From contig MCFE01000103.1 in the NCBI GenBank assembly GCA_002104905.1, positions 107,534 to 171,533 of the forward strand: 64,000 nt of DNA. Direction: 5' to 3'. Of this stretch, positions 27,791-40,915 are shown in pieces; the first letter of the stretch is position 1, and the number at the start of each line of letters is the position of its first letter. The notes under the pieces were generated by a model. That model saw nothing but the letters and a program-made list of their open reading frames with translations. It was not told the DNA's origin and did no database searches. The position numbers and the translations under genes were made by a program. This DNA comes from Basidiobolus meristosporus CBS 931.73. Lineage: Eukaryota > Fungi > Basidiobolomycota.

Positions 27791-28106
27791 GTGTGTTGAC
27801 AATGGAGTTACACAGCAAGTGATTACTTGCCTGAACCACGCGGGACATTTTCATGGTAGTTGATTCAACCGAGATATACGTCATGTTATCGAGGGATCCT
27901 GTGGATTCGTTACGAGATCACGTCTGGAAGACAAACCAAAATTCACAGTGAATACTCTAAGAAAGTAATTTATTACAGAGGTTTTGGTTGAATGATCGTA
28001 AAATAAATGTCCATTACTAATGTCCATAATGAAAAAAGTCCATAAATTAGATCTGTTTAGATCTTTAACTTAAAAAAATGTCCTTGGGTGATGTGAATCA
28101 CGCTAT

Positions 28107-29335
28107 TTAGAAGTTAAGCTTCTTGGGTTGTTCCCAGGCGAACTCCTCACGACCGAAGTGACCGTAGCAAGCGGTCTTGGAGTAGACGGGCTTGAAGAGG
28201 TTGAGCTCCTTGACAATGACACCTGGACGGAGGTCCCAGTTGTTCTTGATGATTTCGAGAAGCTCGGCGTTGGTCTTGGTGCTGGTACCGTAGGTATCGA
28301 CGAAGATGGAGAGGGGCTCAGCAACACCAATGGCATAGGAAAGTTGGACCAAACAACGCTTGGCCAAACCGGCGGCAACCAAGGACTTGGCGATCCAACG
28401 AGCGGTGTAGGCAGCGGAACGATCGACCTTGGACCAGTCCTTTCCGGAGAAGGCACCACCACCGTGAGCACCCCAACCACCATAGGTATCGACGATGATC
28501 TTACGGCCGGTAAGACCAGCATCACCTTGAGGTCCACCAATGATGAACTTGCCAGAAGGTTGCAAGTGGTAAATAGTCTTGTCATCAAGAAGGTTGGCAG
28601 GGATGACGGCATCAATAACCTTCTCCTTCAATTCACGACGAATGGTCTCGTTGTCGACCTCAGGGGCATGTTGAGTGGAGATAACAACGGTGTCAACTCT
28701 AAGAGGAACCATAGCACCGTTGTCGTTCTTGTACTCAACGGTAACTTGGGTCTTGGAATCAGGGCGCAACCAGCCGAGAGTACCATCACGACGGAGCTCA
28801 CTCATCTTGTAGTTAAGCTTGTGAGAAAGGGTAACGGTAAGGGGCATAAGCTCAGGGGTCTCGTCGGAAGCATAACCGAACATGATACCCTGGTCACCAG
28901 CACCGGTGTCCTCGATGGCTTGACTGACTTGGACCAAACCTTGAGCAATATCAGGAGATTGTTGCTCAATGGCAACAAGGACGTTGCAGGTCTTGTAATC
29001 GAAGCCCTTCTCGGAATCATCATAACCAATCTTGCGGATGGTCTCACGAATGACCTTTTGGTAGTCGATTTGAGCCTTGGTGGTGATCTCACCGAAGACC
29101 ATGATCAAACCAGTCTTGGCAGCAGTCTCGCAAGCAACCTTGGAGAGAGGATCTTGGGCGAGGCAAGCATCGAGGATGGCATCGGAGACTTGATCGCAAA
29201 TCTTGTCTGTTCGATAGATGAAACAGTCAGCAAAATCGCCTCAAACGTAGAAACTCATGCAGGAACCAAATACATACCAGGGTGACCCTCACCGACGGAT
29301 TCAGAGGTGAAAAGGAAAGTTTCAGCAACGGTCAT
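28107..29335 (-). CDS. SAM2: S-adenosylmethionine synthetase (2 exons)
   Basis: [41 protein letters not shown]. Intron GTATGT at ~29277. Confidence 0.98.
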
Positions 29336-30353
29336 TATTTTAGAATTGACAAGAGTAGAAAAGTCAGATACCTCCGACGAATGGCCGGGTGGCTCTTTTA
29401 AAGAGTAACGAAATTTTTTTCGCCTGAAAAAAAAAATTAGCGAAGGTGGAATGAATGCGATCGTTTGGAGAGAGCCTTGATTTGGAATCGGATATTTTGA
29501 CATAAGGCAGGCGAAATCTATGCTAATTTCACATTGGGAAAATCGAATGCTGACCATCTGTATAACACCGAGGTAGCCAATAGAAATCAAACAACATCAC
29601 GATAGCCCTGCCTTACTTCAAAATCAGATCCACAGCGCTAAACTGCCAATCTCAACTGCAACACTATAGAAACGATCGACACTGCTCCCCTAATCATCAC
29701 CAACCACGTTCTACCTCCCCTTCACCATATACTCACGTTACTGGTGTCCATTAGTAATGAATTCATACTTTGGCGAGCATGTTGCGGCCTCTACTTGCAC
29801 TGCTGCTATGGACTTTGGTCAGCTCTGGATGAAGGAGGTTGCATGGGGAGGATAGTGATATTGCGCAATTTCCCAATATATTCCAGGAGATATGGTGTGA
29901 TTTTGTGGTTGTTTAGCCAAACATAGCCAATACCAAAATAAAATCGACAGCCTATTACAAAATGTGCCCACTAGTACAGCAATAGTATCTTCCACCGATA
30001 TCCACTTTTGGGGCCGGATGCCGAATTGGTCAAATCTCCCACCATGTGCGGAATTCGTAATCAGATTTCGAGTAAAATACGAAGTTAGCTGAGTAGCTTA
30101 TGCTGAATAGATTCGGGATGAATCGTTGATTGCTTCGGGTTTGGTTTACAAATAATCATGTTCGTTTGACCGATCTTACTATGGTTAGGTTGGGGAGGAG
30201 GGGTTCTTTGCATCGTCCACCAACGGCTCCTCTTGAGCCATGATTTGCTATGGCCAGACTGGTTCGCACCGTCTCACCTTTCAAGAATTTTGGAATAAAT
30301 ACTCACGTGTGGTTTAGATTCCTGATCAAACCAACAGCTTCCAACTACAACTT

Positions 30354-30511
30354 AAGTTGATTAAAACCGAGAGTAAATGAACCATTATCCCAAAAGGTGA
30401 TTAAACCCAGTCGTAATGAACTTCCATCCACCCCACAAGTTGGTTAAATTCAAGCAGATTTTTCCATCCACCCCATAAGCTGATTAAATTCAGTCAGTTT
30501 CTTTCCATCCA
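30354..30511. repeat. Imperfect ~40-bp tandem repeat, 4 units
   Basis: AAG(T/G/C)TG(A/G)TTAAA recurs with its TG at 30358, 30398, 30441 and 30481; units 2-4 also share TTCCATCCA. Confidence 0.8.
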
Positions 30512-32619
30512 GCAGTACTCGGGTCAAAAGATAGCTTGATGGCCGTTATCCATTAACTGGAGAGCAGCATTACTCCATATGGAATGGACGTTTGCTCGAC
30601 AAATAAATCACCAGCAACCCTATCTCCTACTCATTCAACAATTGGAGTTTCTAGAAATCCTAGATGCAGTATGATGAAAGGGAAGCCAATTGCGGATATG
30701 CATCCGTGAGCAAGTGAGCTCAGAGAGCGAGATACCTCACAGCCAGTGATTTTTGGGCATCAGGACAAAGGGGCATGCTGCAGAGTCGATCAACTGGGGG
30801 AGCTAAATTTAACCTGAGGGTTGAGTGGTCACACTCACCTACAAAGGCGGGAACGTTCCTCTCGATTGTCGATTTATTTGGGACGCGACTTACGCAAACT
30901 CTTAATCGAAGGGGTGCATGCTCCTTAAAATACGAGGGCCACATGCCCAACCCTCCTTATAGTAGAGAATACTAATGTACTTCTATCTGAGTCAAGTGGT
31001 TCCTTATCGCCATACTCACTCATCGGTGGAGTCGCACAATGGTAGGGATATCTAGAGCGAATTACACGAAGCGTTCATCCACTGAGACTCGGGACGGTCA
31101 CATATGCAGTGTACAGGTTGGGCTGGCTTTGGTTGGAGGATAGATGGCTAGGTTTTTCACCAAGGTTGGTAGTTTTGTTACCACCAGCTATTGACTCAAC
31201 CAAACTGGACCTGTAACACAAGGATTCTGCATGGAGGTAGTGTCGAGGTGGGGTAGTGGTAGTAATCAATTTTAAGACCATAAATGATCAATGAAAGCGA
31301 ACAAGGGAACACAATGTGGCCTGGATCTGGTTCTCCTCCGGAAAGTAGGTTGCACCATTTAAATTTGTTTACTCGAGGGAAGACACAAACCGGAATTTTG
31401 GTGATTCTAGTACGGAATATCTGACCGCTGCCTTCAAATAATGCCATTCTCCAAAGGTTGAGGTGAACCTGTTTCGTTGTCTCTGAATTAGTTTTGCCAC
31501 CATCCAGTCTCTTGGCGCTCGTCGTTGTTCGAAGAGCGTTGCGCCGGTTGGGGCACCGTCGACTATCACTGCTCGCGACGGTTTTGTCTTGTCAAAGGGG
31601 CCGTTTGAGTAACTTCTCTCTGTCCTGCGATTCAATCCTTCAATACGGATATTTTCCTATCGAATCCAAACCATTTCCGACTGCTCAACATTATGGAACA
31701 TCCACAGCCAATGACAGTACGTGATTGGCGAGAACGATATATCTAATCTTCACGTAGCCCATAACCATCGTTGAGGATAGACTGATGAATCGATTCTTTG
31801 CTCTCATTGAGCATAAATTGGTGAATCAATAGCAATCCACACTTGAACCAATTTATCATCCGCCAATATTGCATCCAGTCTGGTCACAATGCCCTCGTAA
31901 ACAACAACAACGGTTCGAGATCCATAAAATGTCATCTCCCGCTCATGGAACTAGTTTGGTGTTCAAAATGCTCTCGTTGTGCCAATTAGGAAATTCATCA
32001 TTAGTACATGCCCAAAGGCGGGCGAATGGTCAAAAAGTGGTTAGGTTTTGGTCGATATATTTGGTGAATGAATTAAGAAAACCAATGAGACAATTTCGAG
32101 AGTATATTATTTATATTGGCTTCGCAAGATGTATGGATCCCAGGGTCAATTACCCTGGTTTCGGTAGATTACCGCTGTTTGGATGGGAAGTTGCACAAAT
32201 GGGGATTTTTCCTGGTCGCGGTAAAGCTCTATACACGGAGGGTTTGCGGTAGTGAGTTGGCAGAGAGTGACATCGTTGTCATCAATTACTACCTTGCCAG
32301 AGAGAGCGTGGTTCCTAGATTAAGAAACATTCTGGCTTGCCATTGGTTGGGATCCGGATGTGGGATGCTGATTTGCTCGGATCTAAACATACAGATATTG
32401 GTATGGTTCCAAGATCCTGAGGGTGTCTATATATAAGGATCGCAACGGATTCTTTCTTCATCCAAGACAAATTGTCGACTCATTCCTTTTTTGTTAATCT
32501 CTCAGTTCAGTGACTTCCCTACTCTCGTGTAAATTCACTCTTACCTCGAATCCTCTTAGTGTATCTCGTGTTCTCCATATCACCTGCGGCTTCCTGCAAG
32601 CTTCACCCACACAAACAAA

Positions 32620-34545
32620 ATGTCTTCCGAATTAGCCAACTTTAATGGGGAGCCACCTACCAAGAAGCGTTGCTCAGTTAATGAGCATGTATACGTTGAG
32701 GACAGTGACTTCGCGCAATACATTGACACCTCTAGTTTTGATTTCACTGGAGAATCTGAATCCACAGAGGGTGTATCACAGTCTATCAAAGATAGCGCTG
32801 AGCTTGCTTCTGACAAAGCCCAGGATCAACCAGGATCAGTGAACCAATCTGATGCCCCGTTGAAGTCCGAACCATCCAAGGCGGCCCAAGAAACTGCCTC
32901 AGAGGATCACTCGGATGCCGAGCATGACGCCAACGATAAAAAAGATACCGCCTCATCTAAAAAACGGACCAGAGCTACTGCGGAGCAACTCTCCATCTTG
33001 GAAGAGACCTTCCTAACCAACACGTCCCCCAACAGCAAGGTGCGCGAGGCTCTTGCTGAGCGGGTGAAGATGTCCGAACGCTCCATTCAAATCTGGTTTC
33101 AGAATCGCAGAGCCAAGGTCAAGCTGATGCAAAAGCGCTCCCACATGCTCCAGGAAGAGGCGTTCAAGCAACAGTATTTGAGCACATGCATGGCTGGGTA
33201 CAACCCCAACCTCTATCCCTTTCGAATGGGAATGGCGCCGTATCCAAATGGCCGCGTTCCTCTGCCACGATCGAGTTCTGAATTCGTCCCCCCAAACGTC
33301 CCAAGACCTGCTGTGCCACTCCCAAATCAACATTACGCTGTCAACGTTCCCGGGTACTATGCACCCGCGTATCCTGGTCAGATGCCCGTAGGGTATTCAC
33401 CACAACCGTTCATGGTTGGTCAGGATCCCTCCGGGGTCCCCATCCGTGAGAGACCAACTATGATGGTCCGTAGCATGTCTGCGCCTACCACTCCAAATGC
33501 AGCCTCGACCGATGGCTCCTATACATTCTCATGTGACACCTTAGGAGTGGGATCATGGAGACGCATGTCCATCACGTCTACCGATCTTCTCTGCTTCTTC
33601 AACACAGTCGAACGGAAGATGACCTGGCAAATCATGGACAACAACGCCCGCTTCAAACTAGAATTCCCATTCTCCGCGGTCGTGGGCCTGGAGTACAAAA
33701 CACTGGATGCGGTGTTCAGTCAGCTGGCCATAGACATCAACCAAACCCCCTCATTTTTCATGGAGGTCAAATCAGGGAACGGCCATGTGTGGACTCCCTG
33801 TCGTGATTTCACCGAAGGGAAGCAGGCGTCTCGTTTCTTTAGACACGTAATCAAGGGGCACTCACAGCCACTGAAAAGCCAACTTGTAATGTTGATGCAA
33901 GCAGATCCCAACCTGCAGAGGGTCACCCAGATCGATGCCCCCACCACCCCTGGAACTGCGTTGTCCTCACAAACCATTCCTGAAAGGCCGCCCTCATTCC
34001 CAGTGGTTAGCAATGACCCCCAGACATCAAACATGGACTTTGCCGCACGTCGAGCAATTTCTGTTCCTATGCTAAATATAGTAGGTGCAGGTGAAAGACC
34101 CAGAGCTTCGTCCATGGTTTCTGAGATTAGTCAGTTCGTACATTCGGAGATGACACCAGAGCTACAGGAGCAGATAATTGCTTCCCTCAGCCAAGGTAGT
34201 ACTATCGCTATCGGATCCAACATGGCCACTCCACCATTGGCTGAGCATGATTTGCATCAACCATCCGCATCCAACTCCCCAATCGAAAACGGCACCCCAG
34301 CTCCCAACGAGCTCGTACTGACCTCCCCGTTGAGTCTTTACCAAAACACCTTGGAGCAAGGGCAGTACGCGAGCAACGGCTCGAGCTCCATGGACCCTAT
34401 GTTTGGTAACTTGGGTTCGCAAATGGCATCGAATGATGGGCTTCTCAACTATGACAATGAGATTTACGACCAAATACTGGTTGGGGGCGGATACCAATCC
34501 GACCTCCTCAATCAAGAATTCGTCACATCCAACGGGCAATTCTAA
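32620..34545 (+). CDS. Homeodomain transcription factor (fungal HOY1/Pho2-like type)
   Basis: KRTRATAEQLSILEETF...SIQIWFQNRRAK homeodomain plus a downstream conserved block LGVGSWRR...DLLCFF. Single 641-aa ORF. Confidence 0.93.
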   Translation: MSSELANFNGEPPTKKRCSVNEHVYVEDSDFAQYIDTSSFDFTGESESTEGVSQSIKDSAELASDKAQDQPGSVNQSDAPLKSEPSKAAQETASEDHSDAEHDANDKKDTASSKKRTRATAEQLSILEETFLTNTSPNSKVREALAERVKMSERSIQIWFQNRRAKVKLMQKRSHMLQEEAFKQQYLSTCMAGYNPNLYPFRMGMAPYPNGRVPLPRSSSEFVPPNVPRPAVPLPNQHYAVNVPGYYAPAYPGQMPVGYSPQPFMVGQDPSGVPIRERPTMMVRSMSAPTTPNAASTDGSYTFSCDTLGVGSWRRMSITSTDLLCFFNTVERKMTWQIMDNNARFKLEFPFSAVVGLEYKTLDAVFSQLAIDINQTPSFFMEVKSGNGHVWTPCRDFTEGKQASRFFRHVIKGHSQPLKSQLVMLMQADPNLQRVTQIDAPTTPGTALSSQTIPERPPSFPVVSNDPQTSNMDFAARRAISVPMLNIVGAGERPRASSMVSEISQFVHSEMTPELQEQIIASLSQGSTIAIGSNMATPPLAEHDLHQPSASNSPIENGTPAPNELVLTSPLSLYQNTLEQGQYASNGSSSMDPMFGNLGSQMASNDGLLNYDNEIYDQILVGGGYQSDLLNQEFVTSNGQF

Positions 34546-36092
34546 ATCACGACCATTTTCCACCATTCTCTGATCTCATCACCCGCCAATTAGATACACC
34601 AAGATTCCTATTTTTGTCCCTTTTCGTTGTAAAGTTTTGTTGAACATATTCCTTTTGGGTCTAAAAATCGCTGTATATTACTGAGAGCAATAAATCGCTA
34701 TTTTTATTACAAGTCTTTGTTTTGGCTGTAGGGTCTCATGACGCCGCCCTAGTAGTACCACATCCTGCGAGCCAATCGTGATGGTCACCCCTGTCTAACT
34801 TCCAATGAACCCCATTAGTTGAGCCCATCACCTCCAAAGATTGGTCCTGGAAACCACAAACCTCATTGAGCAATGCCCATTCATTCTTGGACAGCCTCTA
34901 TGAGGTAATTGTGGGATGAACAGGTCTCTCGATGCTTTATTCAACATGATGCACTTATCCCCACGATTGAGTGATGGAAATAGAAATGCAATATGTGCCC
35001 TTCTCTGGAATCCATTATAGCGACATCTCAAGGCCATCAAGCCAAGAAGACCATTGATTCGCCAAGCGCATGTGGTAAAACCTGTGATTATGGATTTCAT
35101 TTCTAGCCTTTGTGTTTCCTAACTTGTCTGGAGAAGGGTAACAGCCTGGGTACCGGGGAGTGGATCTTTCTTACCAGCCCGGGTATCTTCGGAGTTGGTT
35201 AGAGCAAGTGCTGTGGGCAAGTACTGCGATGATCGTATCTGGGCCTTGGTGTATAATCATTAAGGTTTCTGATAATCCCTTAAATGACTTTAAGCACGAA
35301 TCAAGATTGTGTGAAAGAATCTCGATGATATTCATGAAGTCGCCGAGTGGGTGGATATATTTGGATAAATAGGTTTTATCAGGATCGTCAAATCTTATTT
35401 CCACGGACATTGTCCCTCATTTCTTTTATGAACCTGATTGTTTGTATCCCCTAGGGTGCTGCCACAACGTCATTGTTGTAAATGATGTGAGACTTCGTGC
35501 TACATGCGATCAAACGGTGGTTAAGCATTGTTTAGGCCCTGTCAGGTGATGATTGGACTAGCTGGCGGCAAATCAGTCCTACCGAGATGGAGTCAGAGGG
35601 GGGCTGGAATCGGGTCGATACTTAGGGCCCGAAGGAACGATAATCTTGTCGGATTACTATACTTCTGCAGCCATTTCGACTGATGATCAAATAGGTTTAA
35701 TAGAGTTCGGATAGGAGGGGTCGTTTGGCTGATATCTCCATCTCCGTCATTTGGAATCTTCACTAATAGGCAACCCGAGGTTTTGCAATGTGGCCAGAGT
35801 GTTCTCGGTGGATTTGCGTTGCTCTATTTGTCTTTTTTGTCAACAATACGGAATCTTTATTTGTGGGCGGTCTATACTCTGAAGGACATAGGAAACACCT
35901 CAACATTGCTGATTATGACTAATTCGACAAGGTAGGCAGTTATGGCTGCCTACCAAGAAACCATCGCCCGTACCCCACGGACTTCGTGGCTTTGGGCAAA
36001 TGCTGATACAAATATGGGTTCAAGCTTTTATTAGGAAACCAAGGCTCCAAATATCATTTCATCAGCAACTCTATGGGTGGAAAGATGAATGC

Positions 36093-39000
36093 TCATAATC
36101 CGTCGTTTTGATAAACTGCGCTTTGAAATGTTTGAATTCCAATTCCAGTGATACTCAGCTGGATCTTCTCGGGAGTCAGATACAGGAGATCCATTGCTGA
36201 AGGGTCTGCCACATCAACAAAGAGCGATTGGTGAAGCGTCAAGTCGTCCCGAATCTTCCAAACATTTAGTCGTTGGTCAGTAGAGGTGGTGATCACCGTG
36301 TTGGTATCAACAAGTTTGACAGCTAGAGTAACAGTGACGACGTAAGTGTTGGAATAGATAGCGGTCGCTTGTGGGGTTGATACAAACCTTGCAACGCTGA
36401 TGCATGGGCGGGTGGCAGCAGGATCTTGTGAACGTTGGCTATCGATATCGAGTCGCTTTCTAAAGTAAGGGCTGTGACGGCCAGTGCATTGTCGTCTCCG
36501 CCTGTAGCAACCAAGATCAAGTTCTCTTGCTGGAGTACATCCAAACAGTTCACTCCCGACATATGGGCCATGAAATTACAGATAGGTGTAAGTTTTTGAA
36601 TCTCTTTGCTTGCAAGAGTACTAGTGTATCTAAAGGTGTTTTCGGTTATTCCCTAGATCACGCGAAACAGTCCGGATTGGATGGTACGCACCTTTGAACT
36701 ACGTCAGTGATATTCCAGATGGCTATACGGCCATCCGTAGCCCCGCTGAATAAAAGCGCTTTCCCTGAAAAGAATCGTTAGTTATATTCAGCAGTGGTTG
36801 TTTGGCCCCGGATGATACCTTCATGAACACAGTGGGTGACTTGTAGAATGCAATGGTTGTGGAAACCACCGTCTGCGAGGAGAACAAACTCCCGTAGATT
36901 CTCGTTGTATACCCAAAGCTACAAGACAAAAGATGGGTCAGTGTGATGTCACTCGCTGGTCGCTATGGGTGGTAAAGTTCACAATACTCTAATGACGGCG
37001 TCAGAATAGACTACACCAATGAAATGAAGCCCGCTGGTTGGCTCAAGGGTAAAGGCCGTCATGTCCATAATACGGGTCTCTGCTATGTCGCTGTTTAGGA
37101 GATCATCAGCAACGGGTCAAATCACACTCTTGATAAATACTGAAATACCTGACTTTGGGGCAAACAGCCCATTCAAGACAACCCACAGAGGCCAATTCAG
37201 TTTCAGCTTCGAACACTCCGGTTTTTTCCACTTCGATCTTCCAGCACTTCAATTGCTCCCCACCTCCTCCAGTAAATAGACAGTGCTCAATGCCCTTACT
37301 CTCGCAAATACTCTTGATGACTGAGGTGTGTTTCTTTATGGTTTTGAGGTTCCGAATTCTGTCGATGTTCGAATTCGGCAAGTACTGGAAGATCTTCAAT
37401 AAGCAGTCTTCGCCACCAGTTACGAATACAATTGGATCGTTGATCGAGCTTCTATCTGCGTAATTCAAGTACTTGATGGCTCGTACATCTCTGCCGTGAT
37501 AGGATTCTTTAAGCTTTGGGTCTACAAACGGTCCTTGAGCATCTTTCTCCTCTGTTTCCATGTAATAGGAAAGGATTCTGTCTCGTCTTATAAAATTGAA
37601 CGTAGCGAGGCTCATTCCTACATCTTTGGTTCGAAAATGCCATCTTCTGTGCGCACCACCACAGGCAACCGATAGGACCTCGTAGCGTTTAGCCTCATTA
37701 TAAACGAAGAACCGCTTTCTATAGAAGCCTAGTAGTAACAAATCCCCAGAGGCAAAGGTAAGACCTTCAAGCCAGCCCTTGGTGATTTTCGCCCTGTAAG
37801 TTCTGTCCATAGTGATCTTACATGATGGGCTATAGGTGATGTCGAGTACATTCGATGCAGGTAGTTTGGCTGCTTCGTCATCATTATCGGCCTCGTCGTC
37901 GCTCCCCTCAGCTTCATCAGAGTTGCTTTCTTCCATGTGAGAATTGAATCCTTCGATCCGATATTGAGCGAAAGCACCATCACGACCAGTTGAATAAAGG
38001 GTAACCTTGGTGGCTCCTTTGTTGTCCCTGGCCTTTTGGATTGCAATGGCGGTCACTGATTGTTTGTCGTGTGCTTTGCGAATGACAATGGAGGGGCAGA
38101 TGATGGGAGGCTTGTCGGCAGCCTCGGTGGCATGATTAGAAACCTCATGATGATAGACCAACAAATGGCTTTCTCGCGTGCCGCACACAACAAGCCCAAT
38201 CTCCTCATCCACCGCTACAGACAACAGTAGCACTTTGGAAGGAAGGTCGAGTTGAGCCACAGACAGGAACGTAGGCTGGAAAACACAGTCAGATATCAAA
38301 CGCATAATGCAATCATTTGAACCAAACTTCCTACATTTTGAGAGTCTCTGATGTCGAAGCGCTGCCAGAATATCTCGTTGCCAACCCCGTGGGAGATCAC
38401 ATTGAACACATTGGGATCTGGGAAACACAGGAAAGTTAGGCTCAATTGCATAGTAAGTTTGCTCAGCGGCATCGTACCTGTCGAAGGCTTCACAAAGATC
38501 TCAAATACTTTCTCATGGTGGACCTGGGCTTTGAAGGGCTGGAAATGGACTCATCAGTTTTACATCGATATGTTGGTCATTGAATGTCAGTATACCTTGA
38601 AAGCCGATGTGGGGCTGAGCAGAATCAAATGCCCGGAGAGCGTTCCGCAAGCAACCACTCGACCGCATTCAGAAGCGCACATCATCGAGTAACTGAACAA
38701 ATCTTGATCGAAATACAGTGGACTCCAGAGATTTGCCTTGTGCTCATACTTCAAAACATGACTGGAGTGATTGTTGATGAGATTTGTGTAAGCGAAACCA
38801 CAGAGAACAGCCGAAAATATACCCGATGTGTGTGCTCAGGACCACTGTCGAATAGTCCACAGCAACAAAGTTACGGATATGCTCCTTGTTGCGACTCTCG
38901 GCCTAACAAAGTTTCAGGTGATTAAGTAGGATGATCCCTAATTCAAATAGGCCGAGTATTGACCACTTACGTTCTGAAGAAGCTGATCTTCGGTCAAGTA

Positions 39001-40550
39001 AGTGGCAGTGCTAGGAAGGGCCAACTCGTGCATTTGACTGAGGGACTCTGAGGGGATTTAACGAAGAGGTCGATAAACAAAGCTAGAGAATATTCAAGAT
39101 GATGCCAAAATATACCAATCTTGCTTTTTTCAACTGAGTCTAAAGACCATAGTCGAATGCCGGTGTCTCCACCTCCAGTAGCCGCTATCTTCTGGGAAGG
39201 ATTCACTGCTACGCTCCATACGTTCTTACCAGTGTGGCCATCCCAGCAGGCTAAGCAATTTATTTCCTCCTCAACATTGGCGTTATCGAAGGACCAGACC
39301 CGGCACGTAGAATCCTGAGACCCATTCGTTAGCGTTGCTATAAACGACTCATAGATGGATACGCGCTTACCTCAGAAACACTAATCAAATAGTGATCAAG
39401 TATCTGGCAATCCCAGATTCTGGCAAAATGCCCATAGATCACTTTGGCTTTCGTGCTGTAAAGGGTGTTTAGGACAAGTTAAAAACAAATCATCAACAGC
39501 GCAGCTTACTTTTCCTCACCGGTCTTCCAGACACGGATCGTGCGGTCGTCAGATACCGAGGTCAACAGCTTTCCATCTTCACTAAACCTAATGCCAAATA
39601 TCACCCCCTGCAAATGATAAGTCCATCGAGTAGCAAGTGCTCAGATACGGCCATCGTAGGTTTACCTCGTGACCGATGAATTTCTTGTAGACATAACCAT
39701 CGCCGGATATGTTCTTTTTCGTGGCAGACCACAGATGAACTTCGTTGAAAACGGTTCCCGAGGCTAGAATCAGGTCCTCTCGCTGAGTACCGAAGAACCT
39801 GGCCGAGTACCTGCACCAAGAGCCGTTCAGCAAAAAGAATGGTCGTCGAAGGATTACTGCACCAACTTACAGAATACACCGAACTTCACACTGGTTGTGA
39901 TACACCCGGGTAAATGTTTCGATGTCCCAGATTTCAATAAAATTGTGCGCGTATGCTATGGCCAGCTCGGTAGGCTCCACCTTGGAAATGCTGTCAGTAC
40001 CCTTTCCAGCAACCAACAGGAAGCAAACAGCAAACTTACGGATTCTTCATTGGGGTATAAAAGAGTCACGTCTAGAATCCAGTCGGTCAGATCTGAAAGA
40101 AGCTCCCCTAGTATAAACTGATGTTTCGGTACTTGAGTCTGGGCGCTTTGGCCAACGGAGAAAAGATTCAATACAGTATCGGTGGTGTCTGTCGTGCTGA
40201 AACGTGGAGCTTACCCCTCTTCCACCTCTAATTGCAAGAAACGTATGCTCTTTCCGCCATAAACAACGATTATTCTGGATTCCTTATTTCCTTTAATAAC
40301 TCGAGTTCCTTTGCAGACGTTAACAATACCATTCAAGTAACTTGGGCTCAAAGCATAAAACTGGCATTCACTCACCAAACACTATTCTATGAATTCTACT
40401 TGATTCCAGAGCTAGGACCGAGTCAATCACTGTACATGTTGGGACGTGATAAAGCTCCAAATGTGGACCGTTTCCGACCAAAAGTAATTCATCGTTATGG
40501 AAACGTAAACTAGCCACTGGGGAGGCTAGAAAACTCTTTTCAAGGCTCAA
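36093..40550 (-). CDS. TRM734: WD40 protein WDR6/Trm734 (Rtt10), partner of Trm7 2'-O-methyltransferase, multi-exon
   Basis: N-terminal PVASLRF...LVGNGPHL, ASGTVFNEVHLW, SVSDDRTIRVW, GRDGAF, CGGAHRRW, YHGRDVR, AHMSGVNCL, STDQRLNVW. Confidence 0.85.
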
Positions 40551-40915
40551 AGCTGTCTACAAACAACCGGACCGGAGTAAATACGCATACAACCAACTTT
40601 CCATCTTCAGCGTACTTACACTCATATTCCACCTTTCACCTAAAACAACCCTATCGCAACCTGAATCTCGGTTATCTACATTCTGGTTGATTATTTGATA
40701 TAAAAAAAATTCCCAATGATTCTCGAGATATGAAATTTCCTTTTGTCGGGATTGTTACACGTTTATGATTATTTGTATGTAATATGTGGAAAATTCCAGT
40801 TATACCAATCAGAGGTCCAAATCGATCCACCTGCCTGGGGGAGCTAGATATATCAAATGGGCATACACAAACTGGCTTTTCACCTTCAGTGTCAAAAGTG
40901 CTATAGCCCAACATC

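Noticed and set aside
28128-29285. 385-aa plus-strand ORF
   Set aside because: Antisense shadow of SAM synthetase caused by codon bias; no independent motifs. The same applies to shadows over TKL1, MVD1, RNR2, H4 and the MFS gene.
30354-30511. CRISPR-like spacing of repeats
   Set aside because: Eukaryotic context, degenerate units without unique spacers, no cas genes.
34800-35450. 79- and 90-aa minus-strand ORFs with a possible GTAAG donor
   Set aside because: Splicing attempts gave stops or no recognisable protein.
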